Positions 51,632-60,404 of a stretch of DNA of 64,000 bases are shown here, piece by piece (the first letter of the stretch is position 1; each line of letters starts with the position of its first letter). Made by a program: the position numbers and the translations under genes. Origin of the DNA: Pirellulales bacterium (lineage in GTDB: Bacteria > Planctomycetota > Planctomycetia > Pirellulales > Lacipirellulaceae); contig JAXMBH010000002.1 of NCBI GenBank assembly GCA_046349975.1, positions 128,470 through 192,469 on the forward strand, read 5' to 3'. The notes below the pieces were generated by a model that saw nothing but the letters and a program-made list of their open reading frames with translations, ran no database searches and was not told where the DNA came from.

Positions 51632-52348
51632 ATGATATTGAATCAACGTAGCGTTGCGTTAGCGGCGACGGTCGTGGCCGCCCTGCTCGTCTTCGCGACC
51701 AGCGATGCCCAAGCGCGTCACCGCCGTGGCGGCAGCTGCGGGTCCTGCGGTGGCGAGTCTTCCGGCTCCTGGGGTTCCTCAGGATCCTGGGGCGGTTCCT
51801 CATGTGGCTCGTTCGGCGGTCGGTGGCGCCGTCACCATGGTAGCTCCGGGAGCTGTGGCAGTTCCGGCGGCAGCAGCTGTGGCTGCGAAAGCGAGGCCAG
51901 CTGCAGCTCATGCCAATCCAGCTGCAACACTTGTGAGTCGAACTGCAACACATGTGAGTCGAGTTGCAATACCTGCGGCACTAGCGAAAGCAGCTGCAGC
52001 ACTTGCTCTGGTAGTTCAGACGCCGACGACGATGACCACAAAGAGTCTCACGAAGCCAATTATCATCAAGATCAGAGTGTCGATAGCCATCGCACGATGA
52101 CCGGAAGCGCCGAGATGCACGACAACGGTGCGAACTCGCAGAACCGTAATCGCGAAAATGACGACATGCGCGCTCCAGACCGCGACGATCGTGCCGCCAG
52201 TCATTCCAGCAGCTCAACCGACACAAAGTCGGATAACAGTAGCGACAAGTCGTCGAAAGCAGAGGGCCAAAGCAACGATAGCGACAATAAGGAGAGCAAA
52301 TCCGACTCATCGAGCGAGAATAAATCAGAAACAGGCGCTCCGAAGTAA
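51632..52348 (+). CDS. secreted Cys/Ser/Gly-rich low-complexity protein with CxxC and CNTCES repeats and acidic Ser/Asp-rich tail
   Basis: AAAGGAG lies 8 nt upstream of the ATG at 51632. A signal peptide (MILNQRSVALAATVVAALLVFATSDAQA) is followed by RHRRGGSCGSCGG...CGSFGG...CGSSGGSSCGCESEASCSSCQSSCNTCESNCNTCESSCNTCGTSESSCSTC. The remainder is Asp/Ser/Asn/Lys-rich. Confidence 0.55.
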   Translation: MILNQRSVALAATVVAALLVFATSDAQARHRRGGSCGSCGGESSGSWGSSGSWGGSSCGSFGGRWRRHHGSSGSCGSSGGSSCGCESEASCSSCQSSCNTCESNCNTCESSCNTCGTSESSCSTCSGSSDADDDDHKESHEANYHQDQSVDSHRTMTGSAEMHDNGANSQNRNRENDDMRAPDRDDRAASHSSSSTDTKSDNSSDKSSKAEGQSNDSDNKESKSDSSSENKSETGAPK

Positions 52349-52537
52349 ATCGGACGCGTGTTCGCCAAGTTACGCGAAAGAGGCTGGTCAGGCGCTGGTC
52401 GCCAGGCCAGCCTCTTGGCGTTGCTTCGGCACGTCGCGGGGCGCCGAGCGATCGCGCATTTAGAAATACGCGCGCAGAAAAACGGCCACGGCGGCTGAGC
52501 AGCCGCGCGTGGCCTCGATCGATGCTCGGGTGTGCGG

Positions 52538-53050
52538 CTAACGACTACTCACGGATGCCGGATTGACCGAACTCTCGGCGATTTGTGTCAGCTGTTTGTC
52601 GGTCGATTTTTCTTCGTCGAGTGTCTGTTCGAGCAACTCGGCCGCGTAAGAATCGGCAATGCGCTGCGCGAATGTGCGAGCCGTACCATAGGCTGCAATT
52701 TCATAATGTTCGACACGCTGCGCCGCCGCAATCAGGGCAGCGTCCAAAACGTCTTTGTCGCCTTCAGCGCTCAACACGTTGCTGCCTTCTTTGATGAGCC
52801 CACTCATTGCGGCGCACGTCTCTCGTTCGGCATCGAGCCCGCGGTGTTCGAAGATCGACTCTAGCCGCTGGGCATGCTTTTCAGTTTGCGTAAGGTGGCT
52901 TTGAAATGCGCGTTTGAGCGCCGGGTTGGTCGCTTTGTCAGCCATTTTCGGAAGCGCGTCAATTAACTGCTGCTCGGCGTCGTACAGGTCCTTCAGCTCG
53001 TGAACGAACAGTTCTTCCAAGGAGTTGAACTCCTCACTCATAAAAAGTCC
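52538..53050 (-). CDS. ferritin-like YciE/YciF (DUF892) stress protein
   Basis: The N-terminus reads LEELFVHELKDLYDAEQQLIDALPKMADKATNPALKRAFQSHLTQTEKHAQRLE, and the protein has a four-helix ferritin-like pattern. The start was chosen at MGLFM, which has GGAGG 6 nt upstream. Confidence 0.8.
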   Translation of the reverse strand, partial: GLFMSEEFNSLEELFVHELKDLYDAEQQLIDALPKMADKATNPALKRAFQSHLTQTEKHAQRLESIFEHRGLDAERETCAAMSGLIKEGSNVLSAEGDKDVLDAALIAAAQRVEHYEIAAYGTARTFAQRIADSYAAELLEQTLDEEKSTDKQLTQIAESSVNPASVSSR

Positions 53051-53263
53051 CATCGCTGACCTCCAATACCTTATTGCTATTGCGTGGCTGCGTACATTCA
53101 CAGGTCGCAGTACTACCCGGCCTAAACCCGGACGCATAGGTCATGCCAATTGCCCTCGCGCTTGCCACGGCGAAAAATCGTTGAAGACCGATACCGATCG
53201 AGGCGGGAGCAGCGTGCGACGTTGGGTGGCCAGTACTTGGTCGGGCCGTCGCGAGTTTAGAGA

Positions 53264-53363
53264 TACACGGGGCGGTGGCATCGGCTGCAGAGCGTTGCGG
53301 CCTCTGCGGAGAAAGCTCTCTCTTGCCGGATTGCAGATCTTGGCGGGAACACCGCCCCGTGTA
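53264..53363. repeat. 100-nt element bounded by a perfect 14-bp inverted repeat (TACACGGGGCGGTG ... CACCGCCCCGTGTA) inside a 900-nt gene-free region
   Basis: Read directly from the sequence. The interior also contains sub-palindromes (CTGCAGAG/CTCTGCGG and GATTGCAGATC). It may be a structured ncRNA or a MITE-like element. Confidence 0.4.
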
Positions 53364-53949
53364 TGGGCCTTGCTTGAAAATCGGCGAGGTCGCACTTAGC
53401 GACCGACGTGATTTGGTCTCGCGGTTTGAGAACCCGCGATGGTATAGGCGGATTTAGCAAGTGATGTGCCGCATAGCGGCCACCGTCCGAAATTAGTCGA
53501 AAGTGCTACGCTTTCACGTCAAAAGGGCCGTATCGCGCTCCGCATTCGATGCCGACTGGATGGTCCGACAGTGACAGCGTTGAGTTAAATTCGGCCAATC
53601 TGAGCGGGGATCAATCATTTGGATCAATGCAGCACGGTGATGCGTGCCTATCGAGCCGCCACCCAACGAGCGATGTTGTTCAAAACAACACCAGACCTTG
53701 GTTTCAAATCGGCCTTGGAAACGGTCGCATCCGGACCGAGATCGCAAAATATACCTCCTGCTGCCGAGAGTCGCCGGCAGGGAGGCTAGGACAGGTTCGC
53801 CTTTCGACTGCCTTGTGGCAACGCCGCGCGTGACCGCACGATCAAATCTGACCCCACTCTGCCCGTACAACATGACGGGTATGCGGTTTGCGTTACAGGC
53901 ACTTTGTTGTGAGATGAACTCAGTCTAAATCGAAAATTCCCGCGAGGAA

Positions 53950-54630
53950 TTGAGCTTTGAGAGGATACCTACTGCCATGTTTTCTGATGCCATGATACTC
54001 GTCGTTGGGGCTGATCCGCAGGACCGCGAAATCATTCTTCAAGCACTCGGCGAGACATGTCACGTGGTGGCGGCTCAAAATACGGAAGACGCGCTAGCGC
54101 ACATCTCGGATCGGGTTCAGCTCGTTATCTGTGAGAGCAACGGCGCGAGCTTTCGGGGCGAGGACCTGCTGCGGCGATGGAAGTCGACGCGGTCGGGCAC
54201 GCCGTTTCTCATGCTGATCGGTGAGCATGATGTCAACGGCGCGATCAACGCGATGAAGACTGGCGCCGATGATTGCATCGTGAAGCCGATTGCAGTTGGC
54301 GCGTTGCGTGACGCTGCAAAGGCGCTCCTGGCAAATGCTGTTGATCGGCCGGTGAACGGTTCGAACGACCCGTCGTCTGGACGCCGACGTTCAAATATCG
54401 ATATTCCGCCGGACACCTCGCTCGAGGATTTGGAGCGCGCGGCGGTCGAGCAGGCTCTCGTTCAACACCATGGCAATCGCACGCATGCGGCTCGCACCCT
54501 GGGAATTTCGGTGCGCACGCTGCAGCGGAAGTTGAAAGCATGGGGAATGCCGATCGTCTCGTTCCCTAGCTCGCCCTCAGCCGCAAATTTTCTACGATCA
54601 ACTCCATCGTTTCGGGCGCACGTTCATTAA
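53950..54630 (+). CDS. atypical response-regulator-like protein (receiver with Glu at phosphoacceptor position) + Fis-type HTH
   Basis: The REC-like N-terminus has acidic residues in the beta1 loop (LVVGADPQD) and a conserved Lys (CIVKP), but the position expected for the phosphoacceptor Asp reads LVICESNG, with Glu. The C-terminal HTH reads HGNRTHAARTLGISVRTLQRKLK. A possible alternative start is at 53977. Confidence 0.6.
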   Translation: MSFERIPTAMFSDAMILVVGADPQDREIILQALGETCHVVAAQNTEDALAHISDRVQLVICESNGASFRGEDLLRRWKSTRSGTPFLMLIGEHDVNGAINAMKTGADDCIVKPIAVGALRDAAKALLANAVDRPVNGSNDPSSGRRRSNIDIPPDTSLEDLERAAVEQALVQHHGNRTHAARTLGISVRTLQRKLKAWGMPIVSFPSSPSAANFLRSTPSFRAHVH

Positions 54631-54751
54631 GACCCTGTAGCGCGTCCCTTATTCCTTGGCGGCGGCGGAGCGATGCCTTTAGTTCGTTCTGCAGCCGCCT
54701 TTTTTATCGGTTTGTGAGCGGCCGAACGACACCCGTATGGGACGTCGCAAC

Positions 54752-54785
54752 AAAAAAAGCCCGACTTGCGCCGGGCTTCTTTATT
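54752..54785. terminator. bidirectional Rho-independent terminator (AGCCCG-acttgcgc-CGGGCT hairpin flanked by A7 upstream and a T-rich tail downstream)
   Basis: The plus-strand sequence is AAAAAAAGCCCGACTTGCGCCGGGCTTCTTTATT. It serves the plus-strand regulator gene ending at 54630 and the minus-strand DUF1328 gene ending at about 54802. On the minus strand the hairpin is followed by TTTTTTTG. Confidence 0.6.
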
Positions 54786-54801
54786 AGACGTATTTTCGGT
54801 G

Positions 54802-54972
54802 TTATGCGACCGGCGGCCGCAATCGCGGCACCACCAGGCTAATCAAGAACAGCACGAGAAACACGAAGAACAATACTTGTGCGATGTAGGTTGCTGTACT
54901 AGCAGCTGCACCGAAGCCAAATGCGGCCGCGATCAACGCGATCACTAAAAACGTGAGTGCCCAGCTGAGCAT
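54802..54972 (-). CDS. DUF1328/UPF0391 small membrane protein (56 aa)
   Basis: Below the 60-aa cutoff, so not in the ORF track. Reverse-strand translation gives [56 protein letters not shown], the classic UPF0391 pattern. Coordinates are approximate to 1-2 nt. Confidence 0.6.
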   Translation of the reverse strand: MLSWALTFLVIALIAAAFGFGAAASTATYIAQVLFFVFLVLFLISLVVPRLRPPVA

Positions 54973-55056
54973 GTTGCACCCCTTCCCTTTCTGTAGTATT
55001 GGGTGGAATTTACGCTGCAGACGCAGCGATCAGGTGAAAAACGGTATTGATTGAGT

Positions 55057-55074
55057 AAGCAAGCTGCGTGCCGA
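55057..55074 (-). promoter_or_regulatory. sigma-54-like promoter CGGCACgcagcTTGCT upstream of the DUF1328 gene
   Basis: The reverse complement has GG-N10-GC spacing, a -24 element matching in 5 of 6 positions and a -12 TTGCT. It lies about 85 nt upstream of the ATG at about 54972. Confidence 0.4.
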
Positions 55075-55328
55075 AACGGCGCGTTCGGCGTGCGGTTGAT
55101 CGGCGCACAAAACTCCGCAAGTACAGATGCTTTAGCAGGCCGCAGCTAAGAATGACTAGTCTGCGGTGGCGAAAACGGTCAAGAAACAACCAGCACGGTG
55201 TCATTGCGACACGCATGCTCGCTCGATGTGTCGGTACATCGATTGCTGGCCGATTGATAAAGGATTCGTACTGAGGCACGGCGGCCCGGAACGATTTTCG
55301 ACATTCAGTCGGCAATGCGAGGTGATCT

Positions 55329-55580
55329 ATGCGGCTAGTCCTGATTGTGCTTGTTTTGATCGTCGTGGGGTCGCTGGTCGGCTGGATTTCGTTCCGTCGC
55401 GATGCCGACCATGCGAGCATCAATCTGGAAACCAACGCGATTCGTCAGGATACGAGCAAGGTTATGCAATCTGGCGCGGAATTGCTGCATCGCGCCGGCG
55501 ACAAGATGGAAGACGAGTCCGTGAACCAACAAAAACAGGCGCCAGTCACGCGGCGTGAACCGGCGCCTGTAACGCGCTAA
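55329..55580 (+). CDS. small membrane-anchored hypothetical protein
   Basis: 83 aa. An N-terminal hydrophobic helix (MRLVLIVLVLIVVGSLVGWI) is followed by a GAGGTG ribosome-binding site 6 nt upstream. Confidence 0.4.
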   Translation: MRLVLIVLVLIVVGSLVGWISFRRDADHASINLETNAIRQDTSKVMQSGAELLHRAGDKMEDESVNQQKQAPVTRREPAPVTR

Positions 55581-55593
55581 GAATTCGGCAAGT

Positions 55594-55797
55594 CTAGCGA
55601 GGCAGTGCGGTTTCGAACGAGCGCACCTGCCGCTCTGCTTCATCTCGGGCGAGCCCGTACTTCTTCTCCACGGCGCCGAGGAGTTGATCTCGCTGTCCTT
55701 CGATGCGGTCGAGATCATCGTCCGTCAATTCGCCCCACTTTTCACGGATCTTACCGCGAATTTGTTTCCAGTTGGCTTTAATGATGTCGCCATTCAT
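55594..55797 (-). CDS. CsbD-family general stress protein
   Basis: The sequence MNGDIIKANWKQIRGKIREKWGELTDDDLDRIEGQRDQLLGAVEKKYGLARDEAERQV matches the CsbD pattern (KGKxKExxGxLTDDDLD...GKxDQLxGKIQERYG). The start was chosen at M5 of the tracked ORF, which has GGAGG 5 nt upstream. Confidence 0.7.
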   Translation of the reverse strand: MNGDIIKANWKQIRGKIREKWGELTDDDLDRIEGQRDQLLGAVEKKYGLARDEAERQVRSFETALPR

Positions 55798-55837
55798 AAG
55801 TGCCTCCATGTGTTTGTTGGACCGAGAACCTTCAGAT

Positions 55838-56038
55838 TTAAAGGTCCTTCAACGGGCGATCGATATCGACTCCCCATGCTACGTGTCGGGGATGCCAATC
55901 GCTCTCGCTCACCCACTGGTCAAACCGCCGCAATGCTTCGAGCCGGTCGCCGAGAGCTTCGAAGAGATCGCGATCAAGTCGGCGATCCCGGTCGAGGGCG
56001 TTGAGATATTCAATTTCATTGCGCGTTGCTAACGTCAT
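55838..56038 (-). CDS. hypothetical small protein (66 aa)
   Basis: The start was chosen at MTLATRNEIEYLNALDRDRRLDRDLFEALGDRLEALRRFDQ..., which has GAGAGGAGG 6 nt upstream. It lies directly downstream of a consensus sigma-54 promoter and upstream of the csbD-like gene on the same strand. Confidence 0.45.
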   Translation of the reverse strand: MTLATRNEIEYLNALDRDRRLDRDLFEALGDRLEALRRFDQWVSESDWHPRHVAWGVDIDRPLKDL

Positions 56039-56098
56039 ACATGGCCTCCTCTCGAAAAGGACGTTTTGCTGCGAGTGGCGTGATGCCGTAAGGCCGGG

Positions 56099-56115
56099 TC
56101 GCAATCGATGTGCCA
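56099..56115 (-). promoter_or_regulatory. sigma-54 promoter TGGCACatcgaTTGCGA upstream of the 56038/csbD-like minus-strand gene pair
   Basis: The reverse complement of 56099-56115 is TGGCAC-N5-TTGCG, with consensus -24 and -12 elements and correct spacing. It lies about 60 nt upstream of the ATG at 56038. Confidence 0.5.
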
Positions 56116-56306
56116 TCGAGCCATGCCAGCGCTGCGAGGAAGCATTACGGCCGAGCGCCGGCTGACCGCGCATTGACTTCACGATAAAACGCGCAAAGAA
56201 AAGGGCGTTGCCGAGCGGTCGCCGGGCTTTGCAGGCCGGCCGATCCGCTGTGGCAACGCCAGGGAGTCTGTGCCAAGTGTTTCTCGAGCGATGCGGACAA
56301 CCGCGA

Positions 56307-57425
56307 CTATTGGTCCGTGCTGATTTCGCTGCCAGCGCGCGTGACGAGCCGGGCGAAGTCGCGGATGTTGATATCAGCGTTCAGCCAGCGCACTGAACCA
56401 TCGCCCATGCAGAAGTTTGCGCCGCCGGGGTGAAAGCCGTATGGCTCGCCTGTGCCCACGGAGTTGTAATAGGGGTGCGGGAATGTGGCGCCGATTTCAA
56501 TGCCGTTCGTGCAGTTGACTGCGCAGGTGCCGACGTCGGTGGCGCCGTCGCCGCTCGTACCGTCGATGCTGATATCGCTGGCTGGGCGGCACCAGCCGCC
56601 GCCGTTGACCCGCTTCGCGGGAAACGTTTCGATCTGGCGGCCGCCGCGATACAGGTACGGCCGGCCGCCCGACTCGGCGTACGCGATTGTCTTTGACAGG
56701 CCGTCGGTGACCTGGTTAATTTTGGCCGGCACGTTGTAGGCCAACAAGCCCAGACCTGGCGAACCGGCGGCCGGCGGCATCGTGGCATTCGGCGGCGCGG
56801 CTTCATCAACCAGGTTCGACGCCGAGCTCGGATTCGCCGGATCCGGACGCAACCGCTTGTCGACAAAGATCGTGGGCGAGTAATCGGTCACCGCGCCGGT
56901 GTCGGGCGTCCAGGGGCTGATTTCCGGCACGCCGTCGAGGCGATTTGGTTCGGGCACCGAGGGGCATTGAAGAATGGCAATCTTCGTGTTCACGATGTCC
57001 TTGTTCCGCGCGCCCTTCGCATTCACGGTGTTGTCGGACCAGTTCTTGGCTTGATCATATTGATCGAACTTCGAACCTTCTTCGAAGAACGGCAACATCA
57101 GCGTGAAGCCGGCGATACGCGGAGCGTTCGTCAGTCCCGGCGGGCGGATGCTCGACGGAAACGTCTTCTTCGTGTCGACGTAATTGTGCATCGAGATGCC
57201 GAGCTGCCGGATATTGTTCTGGCACGAGCTGCGGCGGGCCGCTTCGCGGGCGGCTTGAATGGCGGGCAGCAGAAGCGCAACCAAGATGCCGATGATCGCG
57301 ATCACGACGAGCAACTCGACGAGCGTGAAACCACTGCGCGATGCGGCGGCGTTGCTGTGTGGCGGAGCGTTCACGCTTGCCGGCGCGCCTCCGATGCTAC
57401 GAATACTGATGGAATGGCGTGTCAT
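56307..57425 (-). CDS. DUF1559 protein with prepilin-type N-terminal cleavage/methylation domain and H-X9-DG motif (Planctomycete pseudopilin-like)
   Basis: The N-terminus [51 protein letters not shown] is the class III signal peptide/pilin-like helix. The C-terminal [15 protein letters not shown] gives the H-X9-DG motif. Confidence 0.85.
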   Translation of the reverse strand: MTRHSISIRSIGGAPASVNAPPHSNAAASRSGFTLVELLVVIAIIGILVALLLPAIQAAREAARRSSCQNNIRQLGISMHNYVDTKKTFPSSIRPPGLTNAPRIAGFTLMLPFFEEGSKFDQYDQAKNWSDNTVNAKGARNKDIVNTKIAILQCPSVPEPNRLDGVPEISPWTPDTGAVTDYSPTIFVDKRLRPDPANPSSASNLVDEAAPPNATMPPAAGSPGLGLLAYNVPAKINQVTDGLSKTIAYAESGGRPYLYRGGRQIETFPAKRVNGGGWCRPASDISIDGTSGDGATDVGTCAVNCTNGIEIGATFPHPYYNSVGTGEPYGFHPGGANFCMGDGSVRWLNADINIRDFARLVTRAGSEISTDQ

Positions 57426-57560
57426 GCGAATACTCCCTATTTCGAAACTCCCTGATTGATGATGGCGTTTGGTTGGGCGTCTGACTGAGACGCCGTTCGC
57501 CCTCGAAAATGAGCCGACTCAAATCGGCTGGCGTAACGTGCGGTGTTTCCGGACGCGAAA

Positions 57561-58028
57561 CTAACGCAACTGGATTGGCGGTAGGTGGTTGTCGCCGGCC
57601 GCGACGCGGATGGTGATATCCGATGTCCGCGCTGACGCATACTTGACCGGCAACGCGTTGGGCCCGCCGACCAACTCATCCCCCTGACGAACTGGCTTGT
57701 ACCACTGCACGGTCAACACGTACTCGCCTTCGGGCGCGCCATCGTTGCCGTCGTATGTGGTGACGGCAAACGAACCGTCCTTCGCGACAGTGGCCCGCGG
57801 ATTCGGCACTCCCTGTTTGGCGTCCTTGGGAACCAAAGAAACAAAAGCGCCTTCCGGAGGCTTGCCGCGGAATTGAATCGCACCCTCGACCGGATGCACC
57901 GCGACGTGATTTTCCGAGCGGTTACAGCCGCAACACGCACCCGGGCCCAGAGTGGCCAGAAGCAATGCCGCCCGGATGGCCCAAGGGCGGCGTTGCTGTG
58001 CGTGAATGCGCGAACTGGTAGTAACCAT
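57561..58028 (-). CDS. small secreted/lipoprotein companion of DUF1559 proteins (transthyretin/carboxypeptidase-regulatory-like beta-sandwich)
   Basis: 155 aa. It has a signal sequence with Cys residues at its end (LLLATLGPGACCGC) and a beta-rich composition. Pairing directly downstream of a DUF1559 gene is typical. Confidence 0.5.
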   Translation of the reverse strand: MVTTSSRIHAQQRRPWAIRAALLLATLGPGACCGCNRSENHVAVHPVEGAIQFRGKPPEGAFVSLVPKDAKQGVPNPRATVAKDGSFAVTTYDGNDGAPEGEYVLTVQWYKPVRQGDELVGGPNALPVKYASARTSDITIRVAAGDNHLPPIQLR

Positions 58029-58126
58029 CGAAAGCGACCTCCCAGCGATGTGGTTGTGCGCCTCCGGTCATACCAGTCGGCTGCGAGTTGTTAAAAAGAG
58101 GGTTGTGGTTCGTGGAAAAGAAATGG

Positions 58127-58360
58127 CTAGCTGTTGTTGCGATTGGCGCGCAACCGGTGTTTCTCCGTGCGATCGATCTGGATGATAACACCGTCTTGCA
58201 CGATGATGTTCACCGACCCGAATTTCAATCCGCGTAGCGACTCACGAATTTGCGCGAGCGCTTCCTCCGCCGCGGCGTCAGCCACGCCGTTCAACGACGG
58301 CGCAGGTATCTTTGCGTGTTTCACAATGGGCTCGCTCACGGTCGTTCCTCCACCGATCAT
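58127..58360 (-). CDS. YezD/DUF2292-family small protein
   Basis: The C-terminal GSVNIIVQDGVIIQIDRTEKHRL matches the YezD signature (GxVxIxVxDGxVVQIExxEKxR). Position at the end of a sulfate-transporter operon is typical for this family. Confidence 0.6.
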   Translation of the reverse strand: MIGGGTTVSEPIVKHAKIPAPSLNGVADAAAEEALAQIRESLRGLKFGSVNIIVQDGVIIQIDRTEKHRLRANRNNS

Positions 58361-58377
58361 GATCGGTCTCTCCTCGC

Positions 58378-59469
58378 CTAGATTTCGTATTCCGGCAAGA
58401 ACACGCGAGCGTTCTTCGGATAGATGAAAACGTTCGTTCCTTCGGTCAAGCTAAGGCGTTGGTACTCATCCAGGCTGAGGTCGATGAGTACATCTTGCCC
58501 TTCGGTGGTGCGTGTGGTGACCTTCGCGATCGAGCCGGCCGGGTTGATGCGGGTGACCATCGCCGGAAAGCTCGGGGCGCCGTTTTTGTAGAGTTTGATA
58601 TCCAGTTCGTGCGGCCGCATGTACACCATGGCGGCGCCGTCGTCTTTACCGGGGAAGAGGTGGCCGTCGAGTGCGACGCCATCGAGCGGCACGCCGCCGA
58701 GCATCGCCTTGCCGCCCTGCACGCGGCCGCGGAACATATTCACCTGGCCGAGAAATTCCATCACGAATCGCGTGGCCGGTTTGTGGAACACTTCTTCCGG
58801 TGTGCCGACCTGTTCGATGCGACCCTGGTTCATCACGACGACGCGGTCGGCCACTTCGAGGGCCTCTTCCTGGTCGTGCGTCACGAGAATGCTCGTGACG
58901 TGAATCTCATCGTGCAGCCGCCGCAACCAAGTCCGCAGGTCCTGCCGCACTTTGGCATCGAGCGCTCCGAACGGTTCATCGAGCAACAGCACGCGTGGCT
59001 CCACGGCGAGCGCCCGAGCGAGCGCCGCGCGTTGCCGCTGGCCGCCGGAGAGTTGCGAGGGGAATCGCCGGCCGAGTCCATCGAGCTGCACCAGGCGGAG
59101 CAGCTCCGTGACGCGGCGTTCGATTTCCGCCTTCGCCGGCCGGGCCTTGCGGGGCATCACCCGCATGCCAAACGCCACGTTTTCGAAGATCGTCATGTGG
59201 CGGAAGAGCGCATAGTGTTGAAACACGAAGCCCACGCGGCGTTCCGCGGCCGGGCGATTGGCGACGTCTTCCTCGTAGAAGCGGATGCGTGCCCGGTCGT
59301 CGGCTTCCGGCGTATCGAGGCCCGCGATGATTCGCAGCAGCGTCGTCTTACCCGAGCCGCTGGGGCCCAACAGCGCGACCAGTTCGCCGTCGTGAATGGC
59401 GAGGCTTACATCGCGCAGCGCCTGGTAGCTGCCAAACGACTTGCTGATGTGGGTCAGTTCAATGCTCAT
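58378..59469 (-). CDS. cysA: sulfate/thiosulfate ABC transporter ATP-binding protein with C-terminal TOBE domain
   Basis: Close similarity to CysA: [13 protein letters not shown]...[19 protein letters not shown]...[15 protein letters not shown]...[31 protein letters not shown]...VTHDQEEA. Confidence 0.9.
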   Translation of the reverse strand: MSIELTHISKSFGSYQALRDVSLAIHDGELVALLGPSGSGKTTLLRIIAGLDTPEADDRARIRFYEEDVANRPAAERRVGFVFQHYALFRHMTIFENVAFGMRVMPRKARPAKAEIERRVTELLRLVQLDGLGRRFPSQLSGGQRQRAALARALAVEPRVLLLDEPFGALDAKVRQDLRTWLRRLHDEIHVTSILVTHDQEEALEVADRVVVMNQGRIEQVGTPEEVFHKPATRFVMEFLGQVNMFRGRVQGGKAMLGGVPLDGVALDGHLFPGKDDGAAMVYMRPHELDIKLYKNGAPSFPAMVTRINPAGSIAKVTTRTTEGQDVLIDLSLDEYQRLSLTEGTNVFIYPKNARVFLPEYEI

Positions 59470-59471
59470 CG

Positions 59472-60404
59472 TTATTCCTCTGCCCGCGCGGGCTCAAGGG
59501 CTTGCTCAAACTCACGGCGCACGCGCCATTCGACGGCCGACTTCGCGGCCAGCGTAACGACTGCCAACAGCGCCAGGAGCGAGGCCACGGCAAAGGCCGC
59601 GGCGAAGTTGTATTCGTTGTAAAGAATCTCGACATGCAGCGGCAAAGTGTTTGTGCTGCCGCGCACGTGGCCGGAGACCACGTTCACGGCGCCGAACTCG
59701 CCCATCGCCCGGGCGTTGCACAAGATGACGCCGTACAAGACCGCCCACTTCACGTTCGGCAACGTGACACGCCAGAACGTTTGCCAACCGCTCGCGCCGA
59801 GCGACACAGCGGCGAGCTCTTCATCGGTGCCCTGCTCTTGCATGAGCGGAATCACCTCGCGAGCGACGAACGGAAATGTCACAAAGATCGTGGCCAGCAC
59901 AACGCCTGGCGTGGCGAAGATGATTTGCAGGTGATGGGCGTCGAGCCACGGGCCGAACCAGCCGCGCAGACCGAACAGGAGCACGAAGATCAAGCCAGAG
60001 ATCACGGGCGACACGGCAAATGGCAGGTCAATCAGCGTGATCAGCACGCTCTTCCCAGGGAACTGGAATTTGCCGATTGCCCAAGCCGCCGCAAGACCGA
60101 ACACCGTGTTGAGCGGCACGCAGATTACCGACACCAGCAGCGTAAGCTTAATCGCCGACAGCGCGTTGGCATCGGTGAAGCTCGCGAAGTACACGGCGAG
60201 GCCGCGGCGCAGCGCTTCGGCAAAAATCGCCACGAGCGGCAAGAACAGCACGAGCGCGAGGAAGGCGAGCGTCGCGCCGATCAGCAGCCCTTTAACCCAG
60301 GCTCGCTCGTCAGTCGCCAGCCGCAAGCGTCCGGCGAGATTGGTTTCGACGAGCGAGCCCTTGGGCGCGACTCCACCCAGCGGTAATTGTGCAACGGTGC
60401 TCAT
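59472..60404 (-). CDS. cysW: sulfate ABC transporter permease CysW
   Basis: Has the permease EAA-like loop ([10 protein letters not shown]) and is CysW-like throughout. The start was chosen at MSTVAQL (M98 of the tracked ORF), which overlaps cysT by ATGA. Confidence 0.85.
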   Translation of the reverse strand: MSTVAQLPLGGVAPKGSLVETNLAGRLRLATDERAWVKGLLIGATLAFLALVLFLPLVAIFAEALRRGLAVYFASFTDANALSAIKLTLLVSVICVPLNTVFGLAAAWAIGKFQFPGKSVLITLIDLPFAVSPVISGLIFVLLFGLRGWFGPWLDAHHLQIIFATPGVVLATIFVTFPFVAREVIPLMQEQGTDEELAAVSLGASGWQTFWRVTLPNVKWAVLYGVILCNARAMGEFGAVNVVSGHVRGSTNTLPLHVEILYNEYNFAAAFAVASLLALLAVVTLAAKSAVEWRVRREFEQALEPARAEE

